From positions 75,036,630 through 75,100,629 of the forward strand of contig JAHRHZ010000249.1 of NCBI GenBank assembly GCA_024137785.1: a stretch of 64,000 nt of DNA. The letters are read 5' to 3'. This document shows positions 39,683 through 50,994 of this stretch, one piece after another. The position numbers and the translations under genes were made by a program. Source of the DNA: Ginglymostoma cirratum (lineage: Eukaryota). How positions within the stretch are numbered: the first letter of the stretch is position 1; each line of letters opens with the position of its first letter. Under the pieces are notes generated by a model. It made no database searches, was not told the DNA's origin, and saw only the letters and a list, made by a program, of their open reading frames with translations.

Positions 39683-41232
39683 AGGAGCAAATTACTGCAG
39701 ATGCTGGAACCTGTACTGAAAACAAAAAATATTGGAGATCACACCGGGTCAGGCAACATCCATGGAGAGAAAGCAAGCTAATGTTTTGCGTCTAGATAAC
39801 TCTTCATCAGAGTTGACATGAAGTGTGGAGAATTAACCATTGATGTAATAGTGGGGTAGTAGGAGAGGTGTTCGAGTACTGGGGAAGAAAGGATGTTGAT
39901 AGTTCAAATTAAGTGATCAGATTGTGAGAAAGGCAGAACCACAGTGTGTCTGACTGCCAGACTGGAAAGAAAAGACAGTACCATTGGAGTAGGGGAGGGG
40001 AAGGAGGATATGATGACAGAGAATATAACAGTGCTGCTAACATGGTTTCCTTCTTCCATAACCATGGTTTCCTGACCACTTTGGTTGACACGGCTTTCAA
40101 CTACAGGTGGCATGGTGGCTCAGTTGTTAGCACTGCTGCCTCACAGTGACCTGGGTTCGATTCCACCCTTGGGTGACTGTCTGTAGAGTTTGCACATTCT
40201 CCCTGTGTCTGTGAGGGTTTCCTCTGGGTGCTCTGGTTTCCTCCCACAGTCCAAAGATGTGCAGGCTAGGTGGACTGGCTATGCTAAATTGCCCATAGTG
40301 TTCAGGAATGTGTAGATCAGGTGGGTTATAGGGGAATGGGTCTGGGTGGGATGCACTGAGGGTCAATGTGGATTTGTTAGGCTAAAGGGCCTGTTTCCAC
40401 ATTGTAGGCACTCTATGATCTGACCTATTAACCATGCTTCCTTCCCATCACTCACTACAGTGTATTGGGTCCCCTTGTTCTCATTTCTCATCCCACCAAC
40501 CTATACATTCAAAGGATTATTCTCCACCATTTCAGAAAACTCCAGCAGAATGCCACCATCAATCACATCTTCCCCTCATTCCCCCGTCTGTGTTTTGCGG
40601 GGACTGTTCCCCCCAGGGCACCCCAGTTCATTCCTCCACCACCAACACCACTGCCCCTCTCCACAGCACCTTCCCATGTAACTGCAGAAGGTGCAACACC
40701 CGCCCCTTCACCTCCTCCCTGTTCACCATCCAAGAGCCTAAACAGTCTTTCCAGGTGAAGCAGCACTTCACCTGTACCTCCTCCAATCTTGTTTATTGTA
40801 TTCACTGCATCCAATGTGGCCTACTGTACGTTGCAGAAGCCAAAGGCAGACTGGGTGACTGCTTTGCAGAACACCTCCAGTCCGTGCATGAGCAGGACCC
40901 CGACCTTCCCATAGCTGGTCATTTTAACACAATGTCCTGCTCACATGCCCCACTTGTCTGTCCTCATTTGCATTATCCAGCGAATTACAATGAAAACTGA
41001 AGGAACATCTCATCTTCAGACTGGAATATTGAGCTCAAAACCGTCAGATTGTGAACCCATTTCTTCCACTGCACCCCCCACCACTGCCCCCACCACCCTA
41101 CTATTGATAAATGCTGTCTCCTCCACACTTCACATCAGCTCTGATGAAGAGTCATCGGGACTCGAGACATTAGCTTGTTTTCTCTCCATGGATATTGCCT
41201 GACCCTCTGTGATCTCCAGCATTTTTGTTTCC
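39683..41232 (+). mobile_element. Neptune-type PLE with inverted 5' copy of its terminus, nested in the Rex LINE
   Basis: ORF 40434..41000: FPCNCRRCNT..FQVKQHFTCTSSNLVYCIHCIQCGLLYVAEAKGRLGDCFAEHL (Cys linker plus GIY-YIG). 39715-39830 is inverted relative to 41120-41235; degenerate TSD agcccaggtctgaggt / agtccaggcgtgaagt (12/16). Confidence 0.85.
40105..40420 (+). mobile_element. HE1-type SINE nested in the PLE
   Basis: Head, V-domain and tail all present, as at 2768-3070. Confidence 0.9.
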
Positions 41233-42720
41233 AGTCCAGGCGTGAAGTGTTCAAGTAAGATGACCCTGACCTTTACAGGAAATCCAGGCTCCACAAAGCT
41301 ATTAGAGATGCCAAGATGTAATACCAAGATGTAATAGTTAGGAGACCCTAACTAACCACACAGATGTCTGCCATTTGTAGCAAGGCTACAAAGCAAAGCT
41401 GATCAGAATGGCAGACAAAAATACATTCCTCCCTGATGCATTTTACACTCGTTTCGAACAGAAGGTCAGTGAAACGGTGTCACCTTCCTCGAGAGCCTCA
41501 GCTGCATCTTTTCCCCCAGTCACCATTGCAGACATCAGATCCACCTTTTTAAGAGTGAACCCAGGGAAAGCAACTGGCCCAGATGGAGTCCCTGGCCATA
41601 CACTCAGATCCTGCACATACCAGCTGGTGGGAGTATTCGCTGACACCTTTAACCTCTCCTCACTACGATCTGAAGTCTGCACTTGTTCCAAGAAGACCAC
41701 CATGATCCTGATGCCAAACAAAACTAATGCAGGGTCCCTAAATGATTACCACCCGGTGGTTCTAGCCTCCATAATTATGAAGTGCTTTGAGAGGTTAAGT
41801 ATGGCTCACATCAACTCTAGCCTCCCAGCCTGCCTTGATCCACTGCAATTCACCTACCGTTGTAACAGGTCCATGGCAGATGCTATCTCCCTGGTCCTAT
41901 TCTCAACCCTGGAAAATCTAGATAACAAGAAAAACTTCGTCAGGCTCCTACTTATTAACTACAATGCTGAATTCAATACCATAATTCCAACCAAACTAAT
42001 CTCCAAACTCTGAGAGCTAGGTCTCTGCTCTGCCCTCTGCAACTGGATCCTCAAATTCTTGACCTACAGACCACAATTGGTAAGGATAGGTGACAGCACT
42101 TCCTCTACAATAATCCTTAACACCGCACCCCCACAAGGGTGCATACCCAGCCCCTTACTATATTTCCTTTATACTCATGACTGTGTAGCCAAATTCTGTT
42201 GGAACTCCATCTACAAATTCACTGATGATGCCACCATTATGGGGCAGATATCAAACAATGACAAGACAGAATACAGGGAAGAAATAGAGTGCTTGCTAGC
42301 GTGGTGTAAAGATAACAATCTCTCCCTCAACATCAGCAAAATGAAAGAGCTGGTCATTAACTTCAGGAAGCAAGGGGTAGAGTATGCCCCTGCCTGCATA
42401 AACGGTGCTGAGATGGAAAATGATTGACAGCGTCAAGTTCCTGGGAGTGATGATCACTAACAATCTGTCCTGGTCCATCCACATTGACATTATGTCAAGA
42501 AAGCACAGCAAAGTCTGTATTTCCTCAGGAGGCTATGGAAATTCAGCAAGTCCATTAAATCGCTTACATATTTTTATAGATGCACCATTGAAAGGATTCT
42601 ACCAGGATGCAACACAGCTTGGTATGGCAACTGCTCTACCTAGGTAAGAAACTACAGAGAGTTGTAAACACAGCCCAAACCATGATGCAAGCCAACCTCC
42701 CAACCATTGACTCCAACAGT

Positions 42721-43078
42721 GGGGAGGTGATGGCCCAGTGGTATTATCGCTGGACTGTTAATCCAGAGACCCAGATAATGTTCTGGGGACCCAGGACCGA
42801 AGCCTGCCACGGCAGATGGTAGAATTTGAATTCAGTAAAGATCTGGAATTAAGAATCTAATGATGACCGTGAATCCATTGTCGATTGTCGGAAAAACCCA
42901 TCTGGTTCACTAACGTCCTTTAGGGAAGGAAACTGCCATCCTTACCTGGTCTGGCCTACATGTGACTCCAGACCCACAGCAATGTGTTGACTCTTAACTG
43001 TCCTCTGGGCAATTAGGGATGGGCAATAAATGCTGTTTAGTCAGCGACGCCCTCATCCCCTGAATGAATTAAAAAAAA
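42721..43078 (+). mobile_element. tRNA-derived SINE family B, full length, nested in the Rex LINE
   Basis: ggggaggtgatggcccagtggtattatcgctggactg...catcccctgaatgaattaaaaaaaa. Confidence 0.88.
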
Positions 43079-43184
43079 CTATATCTTGGGAAGGCAGCTA
43101 ACATAATCAAAGACCCCTCTGACTCCAGTTTTAATCTCTTCCAACCTCTTCTATTGGCCAGATACAAAACCTTAAACATACATC

Positions 43185-43500
43185 ACACACTCAGTGATTA
43201 GCATTGCTTCCTCCTAGCACCAGGTTCGATTCCAGTCTTGAGTGACTGTCTGTGTCCAGTTTTCCCATGTCTACATGGGTTTCCTCCAGATGCTTCGGTT
43301 TCCTCCAACAGTTCAAAGATGTGCAAGTTAAATGGACCGGCCATGCTAAATTGCCTGTAGTGTCTAGGGTGCGCACGCTTGGGAGATTAGCCTTGAGAAA
43401 AGTAGGATGGAGGTGGGTCTGGTTGGGATACTCTTCAGAGGCTCAGTGTGGACTCAATGGGCCAAATAGTCTGGTCTCACGCTGTCGGGCTTCTACGATT
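43185..43500 (+). mobile_element. HE1-type SINE nested in the Rex LINE
   Basis: ctcagtgattagcattgct..ggttcgattccagtcttgagtgactgtctgtg..gggtttcctccagatgcttcggtttcctcc..ccatgctaaattgcc. Confidence 0.85.
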
Positions 43501-43717
43501 CATTTCCACCAACAGATTGAAGAACAGCTTCTTCCCAGCTGTTATTAGAGTTCTGAAAAAACCTGTCAAAAATTTAATGTTGATCTCGCTCTTTGCGCAT
43601 CTTCTCTGCAGCTGTAATATTGTATTCTTTGCTCTTGTTCTATTATCCAAATAAATTTTGTGTGGTATGATCTGTCTGAACTGCACAAAAAACAAAACCT
43701 TTCACTGTACTTAGGTA

Positions 43718-43848
43718 ACAAGGTGTAGAGCTGGATGAACACAGCAGGCCAAACAGCATCAGAGGAGCAGGAAAGCTGATGTTTCGGGCCTAGACCCTTC
43801 TTCAGAAAATCATTTTCTCAGATTCTCCAGCATCTGCAGTTCCTACTA
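43718..43848. mobile_element. Short PLE terminus insert with an inversion and ~16-bp TSD
   Basis: Minus piece 43718-43810 joined to a plus 3' end 43816-43850; tcactgtacttaggta (43702-43717) / tcactgtacctgggta (43849-43864). Confidence 0.8.
43776..43808 (-). ncRNA. Minimal hammerhead motif (CG to CA in stem III)
   Basis: ttt CTGAAGA a gggtc-ta-ggccc GAAA CA TC ag. Confidence 0.55.
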
Positions 43849-44276
43849 TCACTGTACCTGGGTACGTGTCAATAATAAATCAAATCAAATCAAACATAGG
43901 AACAGGAGTTGGCCATTCAGCCCCTCAAGCCTATTCCACCATTCAGAAGATCATGGCTGCCCTTTGACCTAGGTCCCTTACCTTCACCTAACAAAGACTT
44001 GGCTATCTCAGATTGAAAATTACAACTGATCTGGCATCCATTGCTGTTTGTGGAAAAGAGTTCCAAACATCTACCACCCTCTGTGTGTAGAGGTGCTTTC
44101 TAACATCTCTCCTGAACGGTCTGGCCCTAATTCACACACAATGCCTCAGTGGGAAATGGCTTATCTTTAGCTACCCTGTCTTTTCCTCTTAATATCATGA
44201 AGACTTCAACCAGATCTCCTTTTAAACCTTTCTTAACCTTCTAAATTGTAGAGAAAACAGGTCTAATTAATATAAA

Positions 44277-44513
44277 AACCAAGACAACTGTGGATGCTGT
44301 AAATCAGAAACAAGAACAGAAATTGCTGGAAAAGCTTAGAAGCTCTGGCAGCTTCTGTAGAGAAATATCAGCTTTAATGTTTCAGGCCAAGTGACACTTC
44401 CTTGGAACTGCGGTTCTGAGGAAGGGTGACTGAACCTGAAACACTAATTGTGATCTCTCTCCAAAGATGCTGCCAGAGCTTCTAAGCTTTTCTAGTAATT
44501 TCTGTTTTTGTTC
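44277..44513. mobile_element. Fold-back PLE-terminus element with 14-bp TSD
   Basis: ~100-bp inverted arms around gaactgcggttc; ctaattaatataaa (44263-44276) / ctaatttatataaa (44514-44527). Confidence 0.85.
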
Positions 44514-44772
44514 CTAATTTATATAAACTTGACCCCTGAAGACCAGGTATCATTTTTGTAAACCTATGTTACGCTCCCTCCAAGGCCAATATATCCTTTC
44601 CAAGGTGTTGGTGCCCCAATCTGTTTACGGTATTCCAAATGGGGTCTAACCAGAGTTTTGTATAACTGTAGCATAACTTCTGCATCCTTGTACTCCAGTC
44701 CTCTAGATATAAAGGCTAGCATTTCAGTAGCTTTCTTGATTATTTTCTGTACCTGCTTGTGACATTTTAAAG

Positions 44773-45090
44773 ATCATAGAATCCCTACAGTGTGGAAACA
44801 GGCCCTTCAGCCCAACAAGTCCAACCCGAACCTCAGACCATCCCACCCAGACCCATTCCCCTGTAACTGTTCTACACATCCCTGAACACTATTGGCAATT
44901 TAGCATGGCCAATCCACCCAGCCTACACATCTTTTGACTGTGGGAGGAAACCGGAGCACCTGGAGGAAACCCATGCCGATACAGGGAGAATGTGCAAACT
45001 CCACACAGACAGTCACCCAAGGGCAGAATTGAACCTGGGGTGCTGGCGCTGTGAGGCAACAGTGCTAACCACCGAGCCACCGTGCCACCA
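44773..45090 (-). mobile_element. HE1-type SINE, full length, nested in CR1
   Basis: Reverse strand ggtggcacggtggctcggtggttagcactgttgcctcacagcgccag..ctgtagggattctatga; CpGs retained, so probably young. Confidence 0.92.
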
Positions 45091-46229
45091 CAAATGTCTA
45101 TGAACCTGAACTCCCAAATCTTTTTGGACAATCACTGTATTTAACTTCATATCATCCACTGTTGTTCACTCCAAAATGGATACCTCACACTTACATTGAA
45201 CTCCATCAGCCAGAGTTTTGCTCATTCACTTAGTCTATCAATATCCCTTTATAATTTTGTGCTTTCATCTACACTGCCTACAATGCCTAATTTTGTGTCA
45301 TCGGCAAATTTGAATATATAATTTTCTATATCATTATCCAAGTCATTAACAAATAATGTGAATAATTGAGGCCCTCACACAGATTCTTACAGGACACCAC
45401 TGGTCCTGCCAATTTGAGTACCTACCCATCATCCTTACTTTCTGCTGTCTACCACTCAACCGATTTCCTGGCCATGACAGTTAGTCATCCTCACTTCTAT
45501 GGGATTCTACCTTAGTTCACAGTTTCTTATGCGGGACTTTATTGAATGCCTTCTAGAAGTCCATACAAACAACAACCATAGACATTCCCCTGTTCACTAC
45601 CTTGATCACTTCATAAAATTCAATGATATTTGTCAGGCATGGCCTACCCTTCATGAATCCACACTGGATCTCACTGATTAACTGAAAATTTTTGAGGTGT
45701 TCAGTTGCCCCATCCTTGGTTATAGACTCCAATAATTTTTCCACCACAGGTGTTAGGCTAACCGATCTGTAATTCCCTAGTCTGCCTTTTTTTATCCTTC
45801 TTAAAAAGAGGGTGGTACGTGCAATTTTCCAATTCAGAAGGATGGCTCCAGTATCTAGGCAAATCTGAAAGATTATGTTTTGGGCATTTACAATGTGCTC
45901 ACTTTCTTCCTTTAACATCCTCGGATAAAAACTGTCAGGGCCCAGGGATTTGTCACTCTTTAATTCCATTAATTTCCTCATTACCAATGTTTTAATTAGG
46001 TTAATTTTATTCAGTCCATGCTCCTGATCCACTATACATTCCCTTGGACACTGAGGTAAAGTAATTATTCAACATATCTGCCATTTCACCACAATCATTG
46101 ACAATATCCTCACTTTCAGTCTTTCATGGGCCCACATTGTTCCCGGCTACCTGCTTCATCAGAACACAAGTAAGCGCTTTGTTCATTTGATCACATTCGG
46201 AAGCTATAGCCCATGTTCATCTCCTCTAA

Positions 46230-46397
46230 CTTGGAGACAGTAAGGACTGCAGATGCTGGAAGTTACAGTCGATAAATGTGGAGCTGGAAAGGCACAGCAG
46301 GTCAGACAGCATCCGAGGAGCAGGGAAGTCAATGTTACGGCCAACTCCTCAGATGCTGTCTGACCTGCTGTTCTTTTCCAGCTCCACATTCATTGAC
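46230..46397. mobile_element. Fold-back PLE-terminus element with 14-bp TSD (hammerheads deleted)
   Basis: aatgtggagctggaaaggcacagcaggtcagacagcatccgaggag / ctcctcagatgctgtctgacctgctgttcttttccagctccacatt; ttcatctcctctaa (46216-46229) / ttcacctcctctaa (46398-46411). Confidence 0.85.
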
Positions 46398-47439
46398 TTC
46401 ACCTCCTCTAATGCTGGGCATAACTTTATCAGCAACCTATCATTTTATTTTGAACTCTTTAACCCAGTTAGCAGCAGCTTTAGTCAATAACAATCTATTT
46501 CATATTTTAGTCCTGAGTTTGACAGAATTAATGCTCATTGCAGGCCCTCATTTCCTCTTTCTTTCCAACAACCCATTTAAATGCCAGTCTCTCGCAGTCT
46601 ACGATCACTCGACTCCATCAGTGCTTCTGCTTTCAAGGTTTTAAACTGTTTTGAAAACTTTGAAGCCAAAATAACCAGAACACAATGCCTTAAAGGGGCA
46701 TCTTTCTCTCTTCATACTCTTTTGAAATAACCAGTTTAAACAATGAAACCAAATCAAATCAACTTGGCCCAAAGACAAACAGGCAAGCCATTTCTCTCAA
46801 CTACCCATAAGAGGTTTCTAAGCAGATATTTTACACTTTACAATACATGCAGCAAATCCCTCCAGAACTAAATTGGAAGAAACAAACATTAAGTAAAATG
46901 TATGTATTCGAAATGAAAAATTACAAACCAGCTTTATACACCTAAATTACAATAAATGAATGTGTAAACATGTCAAATTAAGTTTATTTTTCATGTAGAT
47001 ACTACCATATAATGAACTAAATAGTAATAGATTTTCCATGATGTTGTATGTGTAACTTGTGAAACATGGCCTGAGGTACTTTAGAAATGCAGATAAAAAG
47101 GAAAGGGAGAAAGTCGAAGGCTGTGGATGCATACTTTATGTTAGAAATTAGTCGTTAAAAGTTGAAAAACATGTCCAAGAGTGTAAGACCTTACAGAAAC
47201 TTCAAAAAGGTAGGTTGTGGCAGGACTAAATGGATTCCCAGGTAAGTGTGCTAAAACCAGAGATTCTGGAAGATGGAAATTAAGAACAGCCACAAGGCAT
47301 CTCTTGGCCTGAGTCATGATGGCTTGATTGCTGACTGAGGCAAATTGAGAACTTGCATTATGTTGTCGAGAAAAGTTTATATGAAAGCATGACACAAAAC
47401 ATGTGACGATGGAACTCACTAGCTGCAAGGGTGATAGAA

Positions 47440-47615
47440 ACAGAGAGAGATCAATGATTTAAAAAAAATTAAATGCACATTTGAAGGAAATCTATTTTCA
47501 GGGCTATTGGCATAGATTGGAGAAATGGGACTAAGTGGCTTGTTCTACAGAGAGCTGCATAGACTCATTCAGCCAAGTCATTTCCTTCTGCGCCATGAAT
47601 TACTCCATGACTCCA
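47440..47615 (+). mobile_element. Degenerate CR1 3' UTR
   Basis: tttcagggctattgg..gagaaatgggactaagtgg..tacagagagctgcatagactc..ttccttctgcgc. Confidence 0.6.
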
Positions 47616-47874
47616 GAAAGTTAAGATTTTAGGACAAAACTGAGAGCTAATAGAGATAGTGAGCTCTTCCTGAAAGCACTCCTATTGTAACTCCAGTTGG
47701 AGTATACCAGAGTGCCAGAAATGTACTGAAAAGGAGGTGCATTGAGCTTCCATACAAAGGCCAACGGCACATATGGGGGCAGGACTGTAGGAAGAAATTC
47801 CTCATGAGGGGAGTTACATTTTCCCAGAGTCATGGAAGATCGTAGCTTGTCACTAGTACCTCCTTCAAACTGGT

Positions 47875-48655
47875 AGGATTATGCAGTAGGTCAGGATCAA
47901 TATGAAGCAGGACTGGAGGAGTGAGAAGCAATTTGGTATCTCTGAAGCAGGTGACGTCACTGGGGAGCAGACCAGGAGGAATGCAAAGCAGATCAGGGTT
48001 AATGTAAACAGACCAAGAGGAGGGAGCAGGCCAGAGTCAGTGCGAAGCAGATCAGGAACAGAGTAAAACAGGTTGGGGTCACAGTGAAGCAGAAAAAGGA
48101 GAAGTATCAAACAGGTCAGGATCGTTATGAAACAGACTAGCAGCAGTGTGAAGCAGGTCAGGATCATTGTGAAGCAGAAATAAAAACAGAAATCACTGGA
48201 AAAGCTCAGCAGGTTTGGCAGAATCTGCAGAGGGAAAGTAGAATTATCATTTCAGGTCCAGTGACTCTTCTTCAGAACACCTTTTTTTTTAACAAAAGTG
48301 TTATTGCACATCTCTGGAGTAAGTACGCCTTGAACCCACATCTCCTGACTCTGAGTTAGGGACACTATAACTGCCCCACAAGGGCCCCCATTCTGAAGAA
48401 GGGTCACATTAATTATCCTTTCTCTCACAGTAGCTACCAGATGTGCTAAGCTTTCCCAGCGATTCGTGATTTGTTTCTGATTTCCAGCGTCTGCAGTTCA
48501 TTAGTTTTTTTGTTTGGGGTTTTTCAATGTGAGGCAGACTGGGGGCAGTATGAAGCAAAGGAGGATCTCTGTGAAACAGACCGGGAACGATGTGAAAAGG
48601 GGTCAAGATTGCTATGAAGCAGACCAGGAGCAGCGTGATATAGTTAGGGATCAAT
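47875..48655. repeat. Degenerate 21-bp minisatellite with alternating A/B units, split by a fold-back insert
   Basis: tgaaacagactagcagcagtg | tgaagcaggtcaggatcattg | tgaagcaga..; the period resumes after 48524. Confidence 0.8.
48179..48523. mobile_element. Fold-back PLE-terminus element with a SINE head in its loop
   Basis: Arms 48179-48278 and 48391-48500 (ctggaaaagctcagcagg.. / ..gctaagctttcccag); the loop 48290-48390 reads as a tRNA-like head on the minus strand; flanks tcattgtgaagcaga / tcaatgtgaggcaga. Confidence 0.7.
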
Positions 48656-49994
48656 AAAGTAAGAAAGAAAAAGTACTATGACATGACAGGAAAGACATAA
48701 GCTGGTTGGCTAATGAACTTGGACATTTTATATCTCTCTCCCCAAAACAAGGAAATTAGTCTAAAGAGCTGAGAAATTTATATGTCGCTATACTTAAGGG
48801 ACAATGGAAGAAAAGAAATAAGTACCTGGTGAGTTTTCAATTTTTAAGCAGTTAATTTTGTTATCTAATCGGTAGAAGAATGGCAGGACAGCTCACACTC
48901 CTGAAATGCATGCACATCCTGTTCCATCTGGGAACTGTAGGATATTTCATACAGAGATAACCAGGTACTCTGGCATGGTTATCTCTGACTCCAAGTTCTC
49001 CAGCACTTTCTGCTTTTATTCGACACTAGATCATTCTTGGGTTATAAAAGGTTCCAGCAATTTCTTTCACATTGTTAGCTAAGCAATTATTAACAGTCTT
49101 CATGAACAACAATCCTATAATATTTCCAATTACTTTACTAAGTCTTTACATGGGACTATCTGATTAGATTAGAACAATTAGAATTTGCCAAATTCTACCT
49201 GCAAAAGTATTTTATTCATGTATTGTTCTCTCAAGCCCTCCTTCCCCAATCAATAATGTATTATTTACCAAATACTTAGCAATAACGCAGTCTCAAAAAT
49301 TACATTTTCTTGAGTCTCCTATTTGCACTTAGTGAAAAGAAACAACCTTAATTTTAGGTCATCATTGCTTGCTGCTTTAAAATCTACATAAGCCAAAGAC
49401 AAAAGTTCCTTTCTTTGCTGCAATCAGAAGTCCAGACTGGTGGGGGTGCATTTAATAGACAGACTGGAGGATTGCTGTTACAAAGTGTGCCAAATCCATC
49501 TGCATCAACCCTTTCAAACCACTCTACAGTTGTTGTTTATTTGAAGAGAGTTTCACTTAACAGTAGAAATTGCTGATGTCATTTCAATTTCTTTCTGACA
49601 GGAAGCAAATGCAATTCATTTCTCATGGCTGTTTTCCTGTTGGTTTCAGTGGCCTCCTCCTTATCATGACCTTCTAGCTGACATGTTTTTAATCACTAAA
49701 ATTGCAAATAAGCAAAAAAGAACTTTATCTGAATTACCTATAGATGTGTTTTACTTTAATATGTGCTGGAGTAAATAACGGTCCTAGCCACAGGTAAATC
49801 GTGATAATATGGAAATGTTAAACTTTGAAAACACAATGATTTTACTAGTGCAGACTCCTAAATTTAATTAAGACTGGGATTTTATGAAACTGCTGAAAAG
49901 AAAGTACTTTTTTTTCCCATATACACTTAACGATATTCATGACAGATTCTAATTCTAATTTTATTGATTCAAACAACCCAACAACTCAAGAGGA

Positions 49995-50352
49995 AATTAT
50001 TTAGCTCCATTTGACTCTCTCAGCTCTTTTGAAGGCTCATAGTCTCACTCTTATATTCTTTAACACAAGATTTGCATGTTCCTCTTTCAAGTATGTCTCC
50101 AATTTCCTTTTGAAAGCTACTCCTGAATCTTCTTCCAGCACCCTTTCAGACAGTGCATCAGAGGCCATAACAACTCATTGTATAAAAATATATCTGCATC
50201 TTGGATAGCACGGATCTTCTAGAATGTTGTTGAGGTGCAGTCATTCAGGCAAATTGAAAATATTCCATCATACACCTGACTCGTTCCTTGTAGATGGTAG
50301 AAAGGCTTTAAGGAATTAGGAAGTGAGTCACTTAGCACAGGATACCCAACCT
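49995..50352 (-). mobile_element. Adjacent CR1 3' and L2/CR1-group fragments
   Basis: ttcaagtatgtctccaatttccttttgaaag..ccctttcagacagtgc (CR1 3'); tattccatcatacacctgactcgttccttgtagatggt (reverse of the 14077-14115 motif). Confidence 0.65.
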
Positions 50353-50789
50353 TGTACTTATAGAATTTAAATGCGCTGTAACTCCTGTGCCCAGGCTGGA
50401 ATAGGAAGTTGGTGCCGCTGATGGCATCATTGTGCACCCACAGCAGACTGAAACTAACATTGGTGCTGCTGGCCTTATTGTCATGCACCTATTTTTGCCG
50501 TGTCCTACTTGCAACCCTGTCCTCTGTTTTCCTTCCCACCCTGCTCTTCACTCCCCTTACCACTCTGGTCGCTGGTCCACTTGTGACCTCAATCTGTGCT
50601 TCATTTGCTGCTCCCCTCACTGCCCAGCTCAATGACTGGCTCAGTGTTTTACAGTGGGATAAGGGCAATGAGTGAGATAGCAGGAGAAGCAACAAAGGCT
50701 CAGGAATTGCAACTGGGGCACTGAAAGAGTTGAAAAGATGGGCAGTGAGTGGGAGAAATATAGAGTATAGTGTGTCCAGTGTGAGATGG

Positions 50790-50990
50790 AGGAGGTGATG
50801 GCCCAGTGGTATTATTGCTAGGCTATCAATCTAGAGAGCCAGGTGATGTTGTGGGGACACAAGTTCAAATCCTGCCATGACAGAACAAAAATGGAAATCT
50901 GGAATTAAGAATCTAATGATGACCCTGAAACTGTTGGGGAAAACCCATCTGGCTCACAAATGCCCTTTAGGGAAGGAAACTGTCATCCTC
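50790..50990 (+). mobile_element. SINE family B, 3'-truncated
   Basis: gaggtgatggcccagtggtattattgctagg..tctggaattaagaatctaatgatgacc..aaacccatctgg..ctttagggaaggaaactg. Confidence 0.85.
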
Positions 50991-50994
50991 AACC

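Larger units (their letters stand above)
39055..43893 (+). mobile_element. Rex1/Babar-clade LINE, most of the ORF plus 3' UTR, with five nested insertions
   Basis: VKCRPYYL..EFTSTILTAVY (EN), [59 protein letters not shown] (RT), TNRLKNSFFPAVIR (C-terminus), tail aataaatcaaatcaaatcaaa; stops and frameshifts throughout. Confidence 0.88.
43895..46200 (-). mobile_element. CR1 LINE fragment with nested inserts
   Basis: ORF 45553..46032 LKSDKSLGPDSFYPRMLKE..GNYRSVSLTPVVEKLLESI..QCGFMKGRPCLTNIIEFYE; reversed KFADDTK at ~45292-45312; 3' UTR at 43895-44100. Confidence 0.9.

Noticed and set aside
41408-42427. Long RT ORFs as an active element or domesticated gene
   Set aside because: Stop at 42011-42013, later frameshifts, and several nested insertions show a dead copy
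47865-48167. Leu/Cys-rich minus-strand ORFs (also 48409-48654)
   Set aside because: Translation of the 21-bp minisatellite
50409-50675. Hydrophobic 88-aa ORF resembling a membrane or signal peptide
   Set aside because: Explained by CT-rich composition between repeat fragments; GTG start, no splice context, no recognised family
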